A stretch of 64,000 bases of DNA from positions 1 to 64,000 of IMG/VR virus record IMGVR_UViG_3300002855_000001. One strand, written 5' to 3'. Made by a program: the position numbers and the translations under genes. Positions 18,782 through 29,800 of the stretch are shown here, one piece after another (the first letter of the stretch is position 1; each line of letters starts with the position of its first letter). Below the pieces are notes generated by a model. It did not search any database. It was not told the DNA's origin and saw only the letters and a program-made list of their open reading frames with translations. This DNA is from a virus.

Positions 18782-21700
18782 ATGGATGATTTAAAGATTT
18801 TACTCAGTGCTGATGTCAATAAGGGTAAATCCATTGGAGATATCAACAAAACAATAAAAGAAATACAAAAGTCAGGCATGTTGAAATCCCTTAATCTCAA
18901 TGTGGATGTCAATCAAAGTTTTCAAAAGTCTATAAAAGAGTTTACTAAAGCTGCTAATCAGTTAAATAAAATTATTCAAGAGCAAAATAAAGTTATTAAA
19001 ACTGAGACAGTAAGTATTAAAAATGCCAATGGTGAAATTGTTAACCAAACTAAAAAGCACCTTGCCAATGGTGAAGTTATCACCGAAGTCACAAAGAAGA
19101 TAGAAAAATCTGTTGACACACAAAAGAGAGAAATTAAAACAACAGAAGAATTAACTCAACAAATTAACGAGTTAACAAATGCACGTAAAAAAGCTTCGAG
19201 TGTAAGTCTCAATGATGATGGTAGTGTGAAGAGTCGAACCACTCAATATGGTGATGATTATAGTACGTTATCTACCACAGTTAATCAAGGTGGCAATACA
19301 ACTCATAGAATCGATGAAAACTATGATAAACGATATCAAGAAGAATTAAAACTACAGCAAGCTATTGAAAACATTGAGAAGCAAAGAATACAAAATGTCG
19401 ATGCTGCTGAATACTCTGCATACCAAGAAAAAGAACGCAGGGAAAAGCATTTACATGGTAATCGCATCCAAGATCAAAAACGTGCTTATGATTTAGCTCT
19501 AATTGAAGATAACCAGTTTAATCAAAAGAGACTTCTAAATGAGCAAAATTTCTCACGTAAACAGCAAGATAGTCTTAATAAGCTAGCAATTGCTCAACAA
19601 AAATTTGGTCATCATAATCAAGTAAAAGCAAATTTAACTGGAATCGAAGATCAAATTAAATCTATCACAGTTGCAAATAAAGATTGGGATAGTAGCTTTA
19701 AGAACATCAATACTCAAATTGCCAAGTCCACAGTCGGTTTCAGAGCACTGAGACAGGAATCTATCAGTATGGGAGATGCATTAAAGCAAGCATTTTCTAA
19801 ATTTCCTGTATGGCTAGTGGCTTCTACCGCCATTTTTGCGCCCCTCCGTGGGATGCAAGCTGCTGTAGACACCATCTTGGAAGTAGACAAGCAAGTAACA
19901 GAATTAAAACGAGTAATGGATCAGGATACTAATTTTGACAATTTGCTAAGTGGTAGTATTGAATTAGCAAAGGAATTAGGTCGTTCTATTACTGAGGTAA
20001 ACGTTGCTCTAACTGGTTTTGCTAGACAAGGATTCGATGAGAGTCAAATTCTCAATCTAACTGAATCTGCAACATTAGCTCAGAATATTTCTGAGTTGAC
20101 GGCAGATGAAGCTATGGATGCTTTGACTGCTGCTATGACAGTTTTTAATATTGAAGCTAGAGATAGTATTGGCATTGTAGATATGTTTAACGAAGTTGAT
20201 AACAACTTCAGTGTAACGACGCAAAACTTAGCAATTGGTATGCAAAAATCAGCTTCAGCCGCAAAAACCTTTGGAGTTTCTATTGAGGAGTTGACAGGAG
20301 ACCTCACAGGAATTATGGTTCAGACTCGTGAGAGCGGATCAGTTGCTGGGAACAGCTTAAAAACAATTTACTCTAGATTAACAACCATGCAACCAGCAAT
20401 AGACGCACTAGCTGATTTAGGTATCAATATACACGAATCAAATGGAGAATTAAAAACAGCAACAAAAATCCTAGATGAAGTTGCTTTAGCATATGAAAAT
20501 GTAAACGATGAAACTAAACAAAATACAGCAGTTGCAATTGCTGGTCGCTATCAACTTTCGAGGTTTTTGGCATTAGTTTCCAATAGAAATATAGCCCACG
20601 AAGCTACAGCTAAAGCCATTAACTCTGAAGGCTCAGCTATGCGAGAGAATGCGGCATATATGGAGTCATATGAAGCACGTATCAATCTTATGAAAACGGC
20701 TTGGCAAGAGTTTTCACTTGCTATGGGCGATGCAATTATTGGTGATACAATTGTTGCTCTAACTAATGGTTTAACTTGGTTTGCAAATGTGTTTACAAGT
20801 GTTGTTGATTCGGTTGGGGTTGTTCCACCTTTGCTTGGTATCTTAGGCTTGGCACTGGGTGGATTAAGCAAGAATTTCAGAGACACTACAATTGCAATAG
20901 TATCAATGGGAAAAGGCATTGACTCACTAGGAGTATCCTCAGATGTGGCAAAGACTAAATTAAAAGGCTTATTTTCTACAACTGTTGTAGGAGCTGCATT
21001 TGTTGCTTTAGGCTTTGTACTAGAAGGTTTGATTGGTAAGTTTGCTGATTACACGGAGCAATTAAAAAAGACTCAAGCAGAGCAGGAAAAGGGAATTGAG
21101 TCACTTTCTAAATCACCAGATAAAATCGCTGAACTGACTGTTGAGTATGAGAAATTAAGCACTAAAACAAGTTTAAATGCAGAAGAAGGCGACAGGCTTC
21201 TTACGGTTCAGAACGAGTTATATAAATTACTACCTGCTGTTGCAATTGCTGTTGATGAGACAGGTCAAGCACATCTGCGCAATGCTGATTACATTGCCCT
21301 CGAAGTGGAGCGTTATAAAGAGCTACGTAAAGAGAAAGATGAGCAAGTTAAGAGAGATCGTGAAAAAAATAGAGATTCTTTGTTTAACGATATATCCAAA
21401 ACTCAAAGGGAACTTGAAGAGCGGAGACAGTATTTAGAAGATACTAAACTTGGACTTACAATGGATTATATTGATCCACAGAGTATTGCAAATATTGAGT
21501 CGCAGATAAGTGAGTTAGAATATGAGTTAAATGTTAAATTTCTTGATCTAGGCACAGAAGGTATTAGTAAGTATGTAGAGTCGGTAATGAATCTAAGTTA
21601 TTCGTATGACCTTTTGACGGATAGTGATAAACGTTATTTGCAGCAACTTGCATCCACAGAAGCAAAAACAATTGACGTTAACCAATCGATTAATGATCAA

Positions 21701-24700
21701 AAAAAAGCCTATGATGACATCCAGACTTCTATTCTTGCATCTGGAGAAGCTATCGCAAGTATGCGTGAGACATTGGGTTCTACTGCTTCATCTCTAAGTG
21801 CAGAGGAAATATTAAATTTTTCAAAAGATCAAATTCAGGCAATTGAAAACGTTAAGTCAAGTATTAAAGACAATCAAGCTGGTCTAAAAGAATATAGCGA
21901 TGCATTAATAAAGAGTGGATTGAGTGCAGAACAAGCGAACAAAATGCTCGTCTCCTTGTCAGGAACAGTAAACAGTTCTTTTAAATTTCAGGTTATCGAT
22001 CAAGCTGGAGTTGTTCTAGGAGAATTTGCCAATGAAGCCGAAGCTGCTGAAAAAGGAATTACCCTACTTGATGAAAGTGTGGAGATTCTAGAGGATGGAA
22101 CAGTGCAATATACTGCTGTTCAAAAGACTTCAATAGAACTCATGGAAGATTATGCTAAAATCATTGACTCCACAATTTCTGAGCTATCCGAATTAAATAA
22201 TATAATTTATAAAGTGTCCCAAGGTGAATCTCTAAATGGTGCTGAAGTCTCTAAACTCATTCGTGCTTATCCTGAATTAGAAAAGAGCATTATAAAAACT
22301 GCTGACGGATATAGCATTGAAGAATCGGCATTAGAACTGGTTCGTCAAGCTAAATTAGAGCTACTAAAAACTACTCAAATGGCTGAGGCAGGTATTACTA
22401 CTGCGGTTTATGATAACTTAAACGCTCGATTGAAAAATTATGGTATAGAACTAAAATCAATTGAAAGTCTTGCAGATGCTAAAAGAGCATTGGCTGCTAT
22501 TACTGCCGTAGAATCTGCACAAAGTATGTTAGGTGGAGCGATAGGTCTTACCAATCCGTGGCAATTAGAATTAGTTAAGATGACTGAACAATTAAATACT
22601 ATCGCAGGGATTAGAGAAACATTTAACACCCTGTATGCCTCACCCGCATTCGGTGTTACACCAAGTAAATCGTCGTCATCTGGTTCAAAATCGTCAAACA
22701 ACAAAGAAGCAAATAAAGACGATCCAAAACTTCAAGATGCTACAGATGCTCGTATCAATGCTATTAATAAAAAGGCTGATGCACAGGCCAGAGATAATCA
22801 AATTACTAAAGATTCTATTGATACTGATCAATCTCTAAGTGTTCAAATTAAAAAGACAAACAATCTTTACACCGGACAACTTGAAGAAATTGAGTTGCTG
22901 AGAAGTGCTATCATGAAGCTTCGCTCTGAAAGAGAGCAAATTCAAAAAAATAGCAAATATTCAGAAGCTCAAATGAATTCTTGGATTGATGAAAATGGCA
23001 AGGCTACCACTTCGTTTATCAAACTTTATAACTCCATGAAGACAGGTTCAGCTCAAGAAGAGTTACAAGCCTTGTACGACAAGTATCATAAGTACACTTT
23101 GGCTATTCGAGAGAATCGAGCTTCTATTGCCGACCTTCAAGCAGAAAACAAAGAGTTATTGAAATCGCTTCAAGCATTGCGTGAGGAAAACACTCGTGAC
23201 TGGTTAGAGAAGAAAACAGAAGCTTATCAAAAGTATCAGGATGCCATCATTGCGTCTCAACGTGCTCAAATGCGTTACCATGAAGAGGGTTCTGATGGAT
23301 GGTTCAAGGAACAGCAGAAGCAGATTGATACATACAAGCAATGGCAAGAAGCACTTAGTAAAGATAATGACATTTATCGTGCTCGTATCAAACAAAGTGA
23401 ATCAGGTCGTGAAGAAGATGCGCTTACTGAACAGCAATTAAAGGACTTAGAAGCTCAAATAAAAGCTAACTCTGATGCTTGGTGGGATTATGAACAAGCA
23501 ATTATTAATGCTAACAAAGCGATAAAAGATCAGCGTGAGCAAGCAGCTAATAAGATTGTTGAAAACTTCAAGAAGATGCTTCAGAAACAGAAAGAGTTGG
23601 AGCTAAAAGCAATCGATGCAAGAATGAAAGCCGAAGATGAACGCCATCAGAAAGTCATGAAACATTATGATGATGAACTAAGTGCTTTTAGAGCAATCAT
23701 TAATGCTCAGCTCGATGCACTTGATAGAGAAAATGATACTGAAGATTATGAGCGTGAGTTAAGTAAATTGCTTGATGAGCAAGCAGAAGTACAAAGCAAA
23801 ATCAATGTAATTGCTAATGATGATTCATATGAAGCGAAGGCTAAACGTAAAGAGCTACATGAACAGTTGCGTGAAATACAAGAGAGAATCGAAGAAAAGC
23901 AACGTGACCGATCACGCTACCTAGACCGTCAAGCTTTAGAAGATCAACTCTCTGATCGTGAGAAATACATTGATAACTTGAAAGACTTGGAAGATGAATC
24001 TCACAATAAAATCAAAGAGAACCTAGATGCTGAAAAAACGTTACGTGAAGAATATTGGAATTCTATTATAGAAAATGAACAATATTTTTCTAAATTGAGG
24101 CAAGACTTAATGAGCAACGATGTATCAGTGGTCGAGTCAACATTAGGGCTTATTCGATCTAAGTATGATTCTTTCTTCTCTTACTTGGGAACTCAGGCTG
24201 AATCATTAGGTGAAATGTTTAAGACGATCAATGACAATTTCAAAGTTGATTATGATAACATCAAAATGCCTACTGTTACCGCTCCCACGAACAATAGTGG
24301 AAGTAATAATTCAACTAGTGGACAATCATCAGCTCAAGATTTAGCATCTGCTGAAGTGGTAAACGCTTGGAGCGAATACTTATTAAACAAGCAAAGAGCA
24401 GAAGCGATGGGAAGTAAAAAGGGTGCTGAGTTTGACAGACTTAAGGCTAGAAATGATGAGTTGAGATCAAAGTATGGTTTCAAAGATGGTTCTTACTCAC
24501 AGTTAAAATCTAGAGAACCTATTTTCACAGCAGAAACTGGTGGGATGACTGCTGCTTGGGGCAAAGAGGGTAAGTTTGCGCTTCTTCATGAAAAGGAACT
24601 TGTACTCAATAAAACTGACACTTCCAACGTCTTAAATATTGTTAACGTAGCTAGAAACATTGTGGATTCTGTTAAACAGCTTGATTTCACTAAGATGTTC

Positions 24701-24853
24701 TCAACTCCAAGTCCTGTTTTAACAGATAGTGGCACTACCATTAATCACCTTAGCATCGAGATTAATGGCTCACAAATTAAAGATGGTCGAACTGCTGCTG
24801 ATGAAATAGTTGGCGGCTTATTAAAACGTGGAATAAAAATTGGCAGAGGCTAG
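18782..24853 (+). CDS. tail tape measure protein (2023 aa)
   Basis: TP901-type TMP core (ELKRVMDQDTNF...ALTGFARQGF...MDALTAAMTVFNI), hydrophobic segments and long coiled coils. At about 0.15 nm per residue this implies a tail of roughly 300 nm. Confidence 0.9.
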   Translation: MDDLKILLSADVNKGKSIGDINKTIKEIQKSGMLKSLNLNVDVNQSFQKSIKEFTKAANQLNKIIQEQNKVIKTETVSIKNANGEIVNQTKKHLANGEVITEVTKKIEKSVDTQKREIKTTEELTQQINELTNARKKASSVSLNDDGSVKSRTTQYGDDYSTLSTTVNQGGNTTHRIDENYDKRYQEELKLQQAIENIEKQRIQNVDAAEYSAYQEKERREKHLHGNRIQDQKRAYDLALIEDNQFNQKRLLNEQNFSRKQQDSLNKLAIAQQKFGHHNQVKANLTGIEDQIKSITVANKDWDSSFKNINTQIAKSTVGFRALRQESISMGDALKQAFSKFPVWLVASTAIFAPLRGMQAAVDTILEVDKQVTELKRVMDQDTNFDNLLSGSIELAKELGRSITEVNVALTGFARQGFDESQILNLTESATLAQNISELTADEAMDALTAAMTVFNIEARDSIGIVDMFNEVDNNFSVTTQNLAIGMQKSASAAKTFGVSIEELTGDLTGIMVQTRESGSVAGNSLKTIYSRLTTMQPAIDALADLGINIHESNGELKTATKILDEVALAYENVNDETKQNTAVAIAGRYQLSRFLALVSNRNIAHEATAKAINSEGSAMRENAAYMESYEARINLMKTAWQEFSLAMGDAIIGDTIVALTNGLTWFANVFTSVVDSVGVVPPLLGILGLALGGLSKNFRDTTIAIVSMGKGIDSLGVSSDVAKTKLKGLFSTTVVGAAFVALGFVLEGLIGKFADYTEQLKKTQAEQEKGIESLSKSPDKIAELTVEYEKLSTKTSLNAEEGDRLLTVQNELYKLLPAVAIAVDETGQAHLRNADYIALEVERYKELRKEKDEQVKRDREKNRDSLFNDISKTQRELEERRQYLEDTKLGLTMDYIDPQSIANIESQISELEYELNVKFLDLGTEGISKYVESVMNLSYSYDLLTDSDKRYLQQLASTEAKTIDVNQSINDQKKAYDDIQTSILASGEAIASMRETLGSTASSLSAEEILNFSKDQIQAIENVKSSIKDNQAGLKEYSDALIKSGLSAEQANKMLVSLSGTVNSSFKFQVIDQAGVVLGEFANEAEAAEKGITLLDESVEILEDGTVQYTAVQKTSIELMEDYAKIIDSTISELSELNNIIYKVSQGESLNGAEVSKLIRAYPELEKSIIKTADGYSIEESALELVRQAKLELLKTTQMAEAGITTAVYDNLNARLKNYGIELKSIESLADAKRALAAITAVESAQSMLGGAIGLTNPWQLELVKMTEQLNTIAGIRETFNTLYASPAFGVTPSKSSSSGSKSSNNKEANKDDPKLQDATDARINAINKKADAQARDNQITKDSIDTDQSLSVQIKKTNNLYTGQLEEIELLRSAIMKLRSEREQIQKNSKYSEAQMNSWIDENGKATTSFIKLYNSMKTGSAQEELQALYDKYHKYTLAIRENRASIADLQAENKELLKSLQALREENTRDWLEKKTEAYQKYQDAIIASQRAQMRYHEEGSDGWFKEQQKQIDTYKQWQEALSKDNDIYRARIKQSESGREEDALTEQQLKDLEAQIKANSDAWWDYEQAIINANKAIKDQREQAANKIVENFKKMLQKQKELELKAIDARMKAEDERHQKVMKHYDDELSAFRAIINAQLDALDRENDTEDYERELSKLLDEQAEVQSKINVIANDDSYEAKAKRKELHEQLREIQERIEEKQRDRSRYLDRQALEDQLSDREKYIDNLKDLEDESHNKIKENLDAEKTLREEYWNSIIENEQYFSKLRQDLMSNDVSVVESTLGLIRSKYDSFFSYLGTQAESLGEMFKTINDNFKVDYDNIKMPTVTAPTNNSGSNNSTSGQSSAQDLASAEVVNAWSEYLLNKQRAEAMGSKKGAEFDRLKARNDELRSKYGFKDGSYSQLKSREPIFTAETGGMTAAWGKEGKFALLHEKELVLNKTDTSNVLNIVNVARNIVDSVKQLDFTKMFSTPSPVLTDSGTTINHLSIEINGSQIKDGRTAADEIVGGLLKRGIKIGRG

Positions 24854-24874
24854 GGATTCTTCCCTAGTCTTTTT
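24850..24874 (+). terminator. terminator-like hairpin overlapping the TMP stop codon
   Basis: CTAGGGA/TCCCTAG stem, loop TTCT, then TCTTTTT. Confidence 0.45.
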
Positions 24875-24885
24875 CATTTTAGGCG

Positions 24886-25500
24886 GTGATTAAAATTACA
24901 ATTAAAGACTCGCTTTATTTCTCATTCAATGGAATTCAATCAAAAGAACTTTATATGATGAACGTTAATCCAGATGGTGGAATGCAAGAGGAGTATTTTG
25001 CAGCGTCTCAATCTATCGTAGAAAACAAAACTAGAGGTCGGAATAAACCCTACTTTCATGGCTTAGAGAAAGAACCAATTAATCTGACAGTTAACTTCGC
25101 TTTTGAAAATGGATGGGATAAAGAGGAACTTAGAAAAATACGCAGATGGCTGACCTCTCCAAAATATTATGCACCTCTAATTTTTTCAAATGAGCCAGAG
25201 AAAATATACTATGCCCTATATATTGATGAGCCAGTTTTGCTTCATAATTCAATGTCACAAGGATATATCACTATTCGATTCAGATGTAATGGATGCTATG
25301 CGTACACACCATTAATGACAACCCCTGAGTATACATGGACTGATACTGACCTAAATGTAAATGTAACTAACTTCTCCGTGGGTGAACGTGTTAATGTTAC
25401 TTTGACATCTGGAAATAAGATTCAATTAAATAGTGCTGATAAAAAATGGTCTGACATATTGGCTGGCAATAAAACTTGGTATCAATTATTTAATGAATGA
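24886..25500 (+). CDS. distal tail protein (Dit / siphovirus tail-component family), N-terminal part
   Basis: Directly after the TMP. FSFNGIQSKELYMMNV and RKIRRWLTSPKYYAPLIFSNEPEKIYYALY match the usual Dit pattern. Confidence 0.55.
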   Translation: MIKITIKDSLYFSFNGIQSKELYMMNVNPDGGMQEEYFAASQSIVENKTRGRNKPYFHGLEKEPINLTVNFAFENGWDKEELRKIRRWLTSPKYYAPLIFSNEPEKIYYALYIDEPVLLHNSMSQGYITIRFRCNGCYAYTPLMTTPEYTWTDTDLNVNVTNFSVGERVNVTLTSGNKIQLNSADKKWSDILAGNKTWYQLFNE

Positions 25501-25515
25501 AAGGCGGTGCAATAA

Positions 25516-26151
25516 TTGGCATTAACTACTACTAAATTACAATTGGTTAGACCTGATATAAGTGATTTTGGTGCACAAACACTGATTGACTTAGCTAACA
25601 ACTTTCAAAAACTGGATGATACGTGTAGTGCGCTTGGAACAGGTGAGCCTGTAAATGGATATTGGAAAGCTGGTAGCAAGGTAGATTATACTAATCCAGT
25701 TGCAGGTGGATATGTGGGGCTTATCAATCTACGCAGTGGGATGGCTGCACCTAAATGGTCTGCATTAAAGCAGTTCAACGTTGGAGACTTAATATTACCT
25801 AATACAAATAATGGTCATTATTATACTTGCACTCAATCAGGCACTAGTGCACCACTAGAACCACAATGGCTAGTAGCAGCTCAAACTGTTACAGAAGATA
25901 CCCGTGGTAAAACAACTTGGCAACCTTCTAAAAGTTATAAGCTTCATGATGTTGTTGTTCCAAGTGTGCCTAATGATAGATTCTATGTTTGTGTTACAGC
26001 AGGTACTTCAGGTATTACTCAACCTGCATGGTCAACAACAAATGGAATTGCGACAACAGATGGACAAGTTGTTTGGCTGACCTATCGGATTGTAAAGTGG
26101 AAAGAATCAGGCGTATCCATTAATTTTAGACCATATGGAAAAATTGAGTAG
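25516..26151 (+). CDS. tail protein with two CBM5/12-like carbohydrate-binding repeats
   Basis: The repeats W..LKQFNVGDLILP...GHYYTCTQSGTSAPLEPQW and W.PSKSYKLHDVVVP...DRFYVCVTAGTSGITQPAW resemble chitin-binding type-3 modules. Confidence 0.4.
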   Translation: MALTTTKLQLVRPDISDFGAQTLIDLANNFQKLDDTCSALGTGEPVNGYWKAGSKVDYTNPVAGGYVGLINLRSGMAAPKWSALKQFNVGDLILPNTNNGHYYTCTQSGTSAPLEPQWLVAAQTVTEDTRGKTTWQPSKSYKLHDVVVPSVPNDRFYVCVTAGTSGITQPAWSTTNGIATTDGQVVWLTYRIVKWKESGVSINFRPYGKIE

Positions 26152-26160
26152 GTGTGAATT

Positions 26161-26802
26161 ATGGCTAAAACATGGGCAGATATAATAGGAAAAAGTGGGT
26201 ATTACCAGTCTAATCCAATACTATTGAATGCTGAGGGAAATGGTTCACTTTCATCTGTTACTTGGGATGGAACGACAACCAGTAACAACAAGATAAGATT
26301 ATTCACTTCGCTATCCTTTAACGGTGGCTACGACTGGACTGAATGGAAAGAAGTACAAAAAAATGCAAGCGTCCCCGACCTAAAAGTAGAAACTCCTTTG
26401 AATAATGTTTATTTACGCTACAGGGCGTTTTTAGAAACAACCATTTTAACTGAAACACCCATATTAAACTCAGTTACTTTCAGTTTTGAGCCTGTTCTTG
26501 TAATTGACAATATAGGGGACGATGTTTGTTACCCTGAAGTTTGGATAACTAAAACAGGCGCAGGTAATATATCTTTAATCAATACAAGCAATGACAATGA
26601 AGAGTTTGCATTCACTGGATTAAACAGCACTGAAACAGTCTACATAAATAATGAACGTGAGTATATAGAATCTAGCTTGGCCATGACTACTAGATATAAA
26701 AATTTCAATGATAATTACATGCAATTACCAATAGGTAAAAATGTATTCAGAATTAACGGTAAAGCAAAGTTGCAATTTCGTTTTCAGTTTCCATTAATAT
26801 AA
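26161..26802 (+). CDS. tail protein resembling the C-terminal half of Dit
   Basis: IDNIGDDVCYPEVWITKTGAGNISLINTSN..FAFTGL..TVYINNE resembles the C-terminal beta-sandwich of Dit proteins. Confidence 0.4.
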   Translation: MAKTWADIIGKSGYYQSNPILLNAEGNGSLSSVTWDGTTTSNNKIRLFTSLSFNGGYDWTEWKEVQKNASVPDLKVETPLNNVYLRYRAFLETTILTETPILNSVTFSFEPVLVIDNIGDDVCYPEVWITKTGAGNISLINTSNDNEEFAFTGLNSTETVYINNEREYIESSLAMTTRYKNFNDNYMQLPIGKNVFRINGKAKLQFRFQFPLI

Positions 26803-26832
26803 AAAAATAAAATATAAAAGGATGGTGTCAAA

Positions 26833-29800
26833 GTGTTAGGAGATATAGACTATAATTTAAAGCCGATAGAACCTAAGATTTTTTTACACAAACCGAATGA
26901 AGAATATGTTGGTAAACTATCAGAGGCTTATAATATAAATCGAAAAACTTCTTTAACCGAGCTTTTTTCGCTATCCTTTGAATTGCCGTATTACGTAACA
27001 GAGAATAACCAACTTGTTCGCAATAGAAACATTGATTCAATTAAAGATCGATACTATGTAAAAGTTGTGATTGGTGCAAAAGTTGAATGGTATATCATAA
27101 CAAAAATTACTGAATCAATGAGCGATAGTGGAAACAGCAAAAAAGTTGAATGCATTTACTTACCACAAGAATTGAACGATAAAAATATTAGCGCATATAC
27201 TGCTGAATCCAAACATGCTGGACAAGTATTGAATGACATTCTATCATTAACAGCACTGTGGTCAGTAGGTTCGATTGATCCTGACTTCCTGCTTTCATAT
27301 CGTTCTTGGGAATTTCCAGATAGCACATTGTTAGATGCTATTTTCAAAATAGCAGAACGATACAATGCAATCATTGAATGGGATACTGTTAATCGTAGTT
27401 TTGACTTCGTAAAACCTGAACTTCATGGGCAGAATCGATTAGGAACAATATCACATCGTAAATGGCTAAAAACACTGGAGAAAGAGAAGAATAGTGAAAG
27501 AGTAATTACAAGAATTGTGCCTAAAGGTAAGGACGGTTTGGGTATCCAAAGATTGACTACAAATGGTGCTAATTACATTGAAGACTTTAGTTATTGGATG
27601 TTCCCATTTGAAAGAGATGCAAACAAAAATTTAATTAAACACAGTGATTACATGAGCGATAGCTTGTGTCATGCTATACTTGATTATCAAGATAAGGCTA
27701 AATCACTTGATGGTCAGTATAAAAACTTATTAGTACAGATGGACACTCAAACAAAATTACTTGCTCAAAAACAAGTTGAATTAACAACTCTGAAGAATCA
27801 AATGTCTGAAATTACACAGATTCAACTTGCACAACAATTTGATGAAGTCATGTTTTTCGATAAATCTCAATATAGTGGTAGCTCTAAGACTGTTAACTTT
27901 GATGTTAATAGTCTTTATTTATATGCTGTTTTGATTAAAGTTGGAAACGCAACAGGAAAAACAGTAGTGATCAATGGCTCAACTGGTACATTAAGAAGTG
28001 GCGAATGGGTAGTAGCTAGAAAAATTAATAAAGGTGCTTCCAATATCTCTGTAGGCATTACTGGCTCTGGTGCTACAGAAGTTTTTATTCAAGTTGCAAA
28101 CATTAGTCAAAGTGAGTACGACACAGCTAATAATAGCTATGAAATTGTTAATAAATACAACTTTGATAATAAACAAGCACAGATTACTGCAAAAGAATCA
28201 GAGATCGTTACAGTACAGAATGCGATTAAAAACATTCAAACTCAAATGAGCAATATTAATACTCAACTTTCTGCTGTAAACAACTTTACCCAAGCACAAA
28301 GAGAAGAGTTAGATCGCTATATTCTTCATGAAAATTTTAGTGATGACACTTTAATAGATGATGAAGACTTATTAGAGGAAACTAAAAAAAGATTCGACGA
28401 GTTAAAGATTCCGCAGCTACATATGAATGTTTCCATTGAAAACTTCTTGACTCTAATTGAAGAACAGAGAAATTGGGACAAGCTAATTCTTGGAGACAGG
28501 ATTATAGTTAAATATGAGCCATTTGATTTAAAGATTGAAGCCAAGATTATTGAAATTGAATTTGATTATGAAAACGATGATATAAAATTAACAATTGCTA
28601 ATTTTAAGAATCTTAATACCAATGAAGAAATGCTTTATAAATACATTTACGATTCTAAAAATACGACAACCATTGTTAATGATGATAAGCATAAATGGAA
28701 TCAGTCTCTTGTTGATACAAGTGACATGAGCAAACTGTTTGATAATTTTTGGGATAAAGTTACGAATCAGATTAACATGGCGATCAATCAGACGGTAGAT
28801 ATTAATGATGCAGGTATCACTGTGATCGATCATAATGATCCACTTAGGTTTATTCGTTTGACGAATGGGGCAATTGGACTTACTCGCAGTGGTGGATTAC
28901 GCTATGAAACTGCGTTGACAGCCGATGGAATCATTGCTGAGATGATATTAGGTAAAATTTTACTCGGCAGTAGAGTGGTTATTGGTGATGATGACGGTAT
29001 ATGGATGACTGAAGGTGCAAAAACAACGATTACTGACCGTTGTGGTAGAGTTGCAATGAAACTTGGGCTATATGAAGAAAATCCTGACTTATTTGGCATG
29101 GTTATTAATCGCTATAATGACATAATTCCCTGCTCTCCCGAGCTGCTTAATAAAATTATTGCTAACTCAGAAGATGGTTTCAAGATTCAACAGTGGAATG
29201 GTTCACAGTTTGTAGACAAATTTTCGATAGATAATAACGGTTTTTTACAGGCAGTCGATATGACTGCAAAGCGTTTAACTATTAAATCAGGTGAAGATGA
29301 ACTACTTCTTGATAGTTATACAAAGTACATGGACATCGGTAAGTTTGAAAACATTATCATGGATGGTAAACTGACAGCTATTGAGAAATTACAAGTACTG
29401 GGTGAACGCACTCGCATTATTTCTGAATATGACAAACTACTAAGTCAAGCAATTGCTTACAAAACAACAACCAGGGATTCGTCCATTCGCATTGATACTA
29501 CCAATTTTACTGATAGTTACTATGATCTGATGGACTATCTTGCACCTTTACTTGCAGATATGGAGGCTACAACTAATATTGATCGTGATGAATTTATCAA
29601 TAAGTTCAAAGCCTATTATGATGAAGTCACAAATATTATCAATGCTATCAATGATTCTATTAAATATTCGAGTGTTCAATTTGGTCAAATGTTCAACCAA
29701 ATAATTATCGATTACATAAATGGGATCACCGCAACTCGAAGTGACACAAAATTTCGCTCGATCATGAATGCTACTCGTGGTTTTATTATTCAACGTAACG

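Noticed and set aside
20080-23441. Several 60-120 aa ORFs on both strands inside the tape measure gene (for example 20551-20919 minus, 22438-22704 minus, 21177-21437 plus)
   Set aside because: They are fully nested in a well-supported 2023-aa gene, lack SDs and have low-complexity composition. They are typical shadow ORFs.
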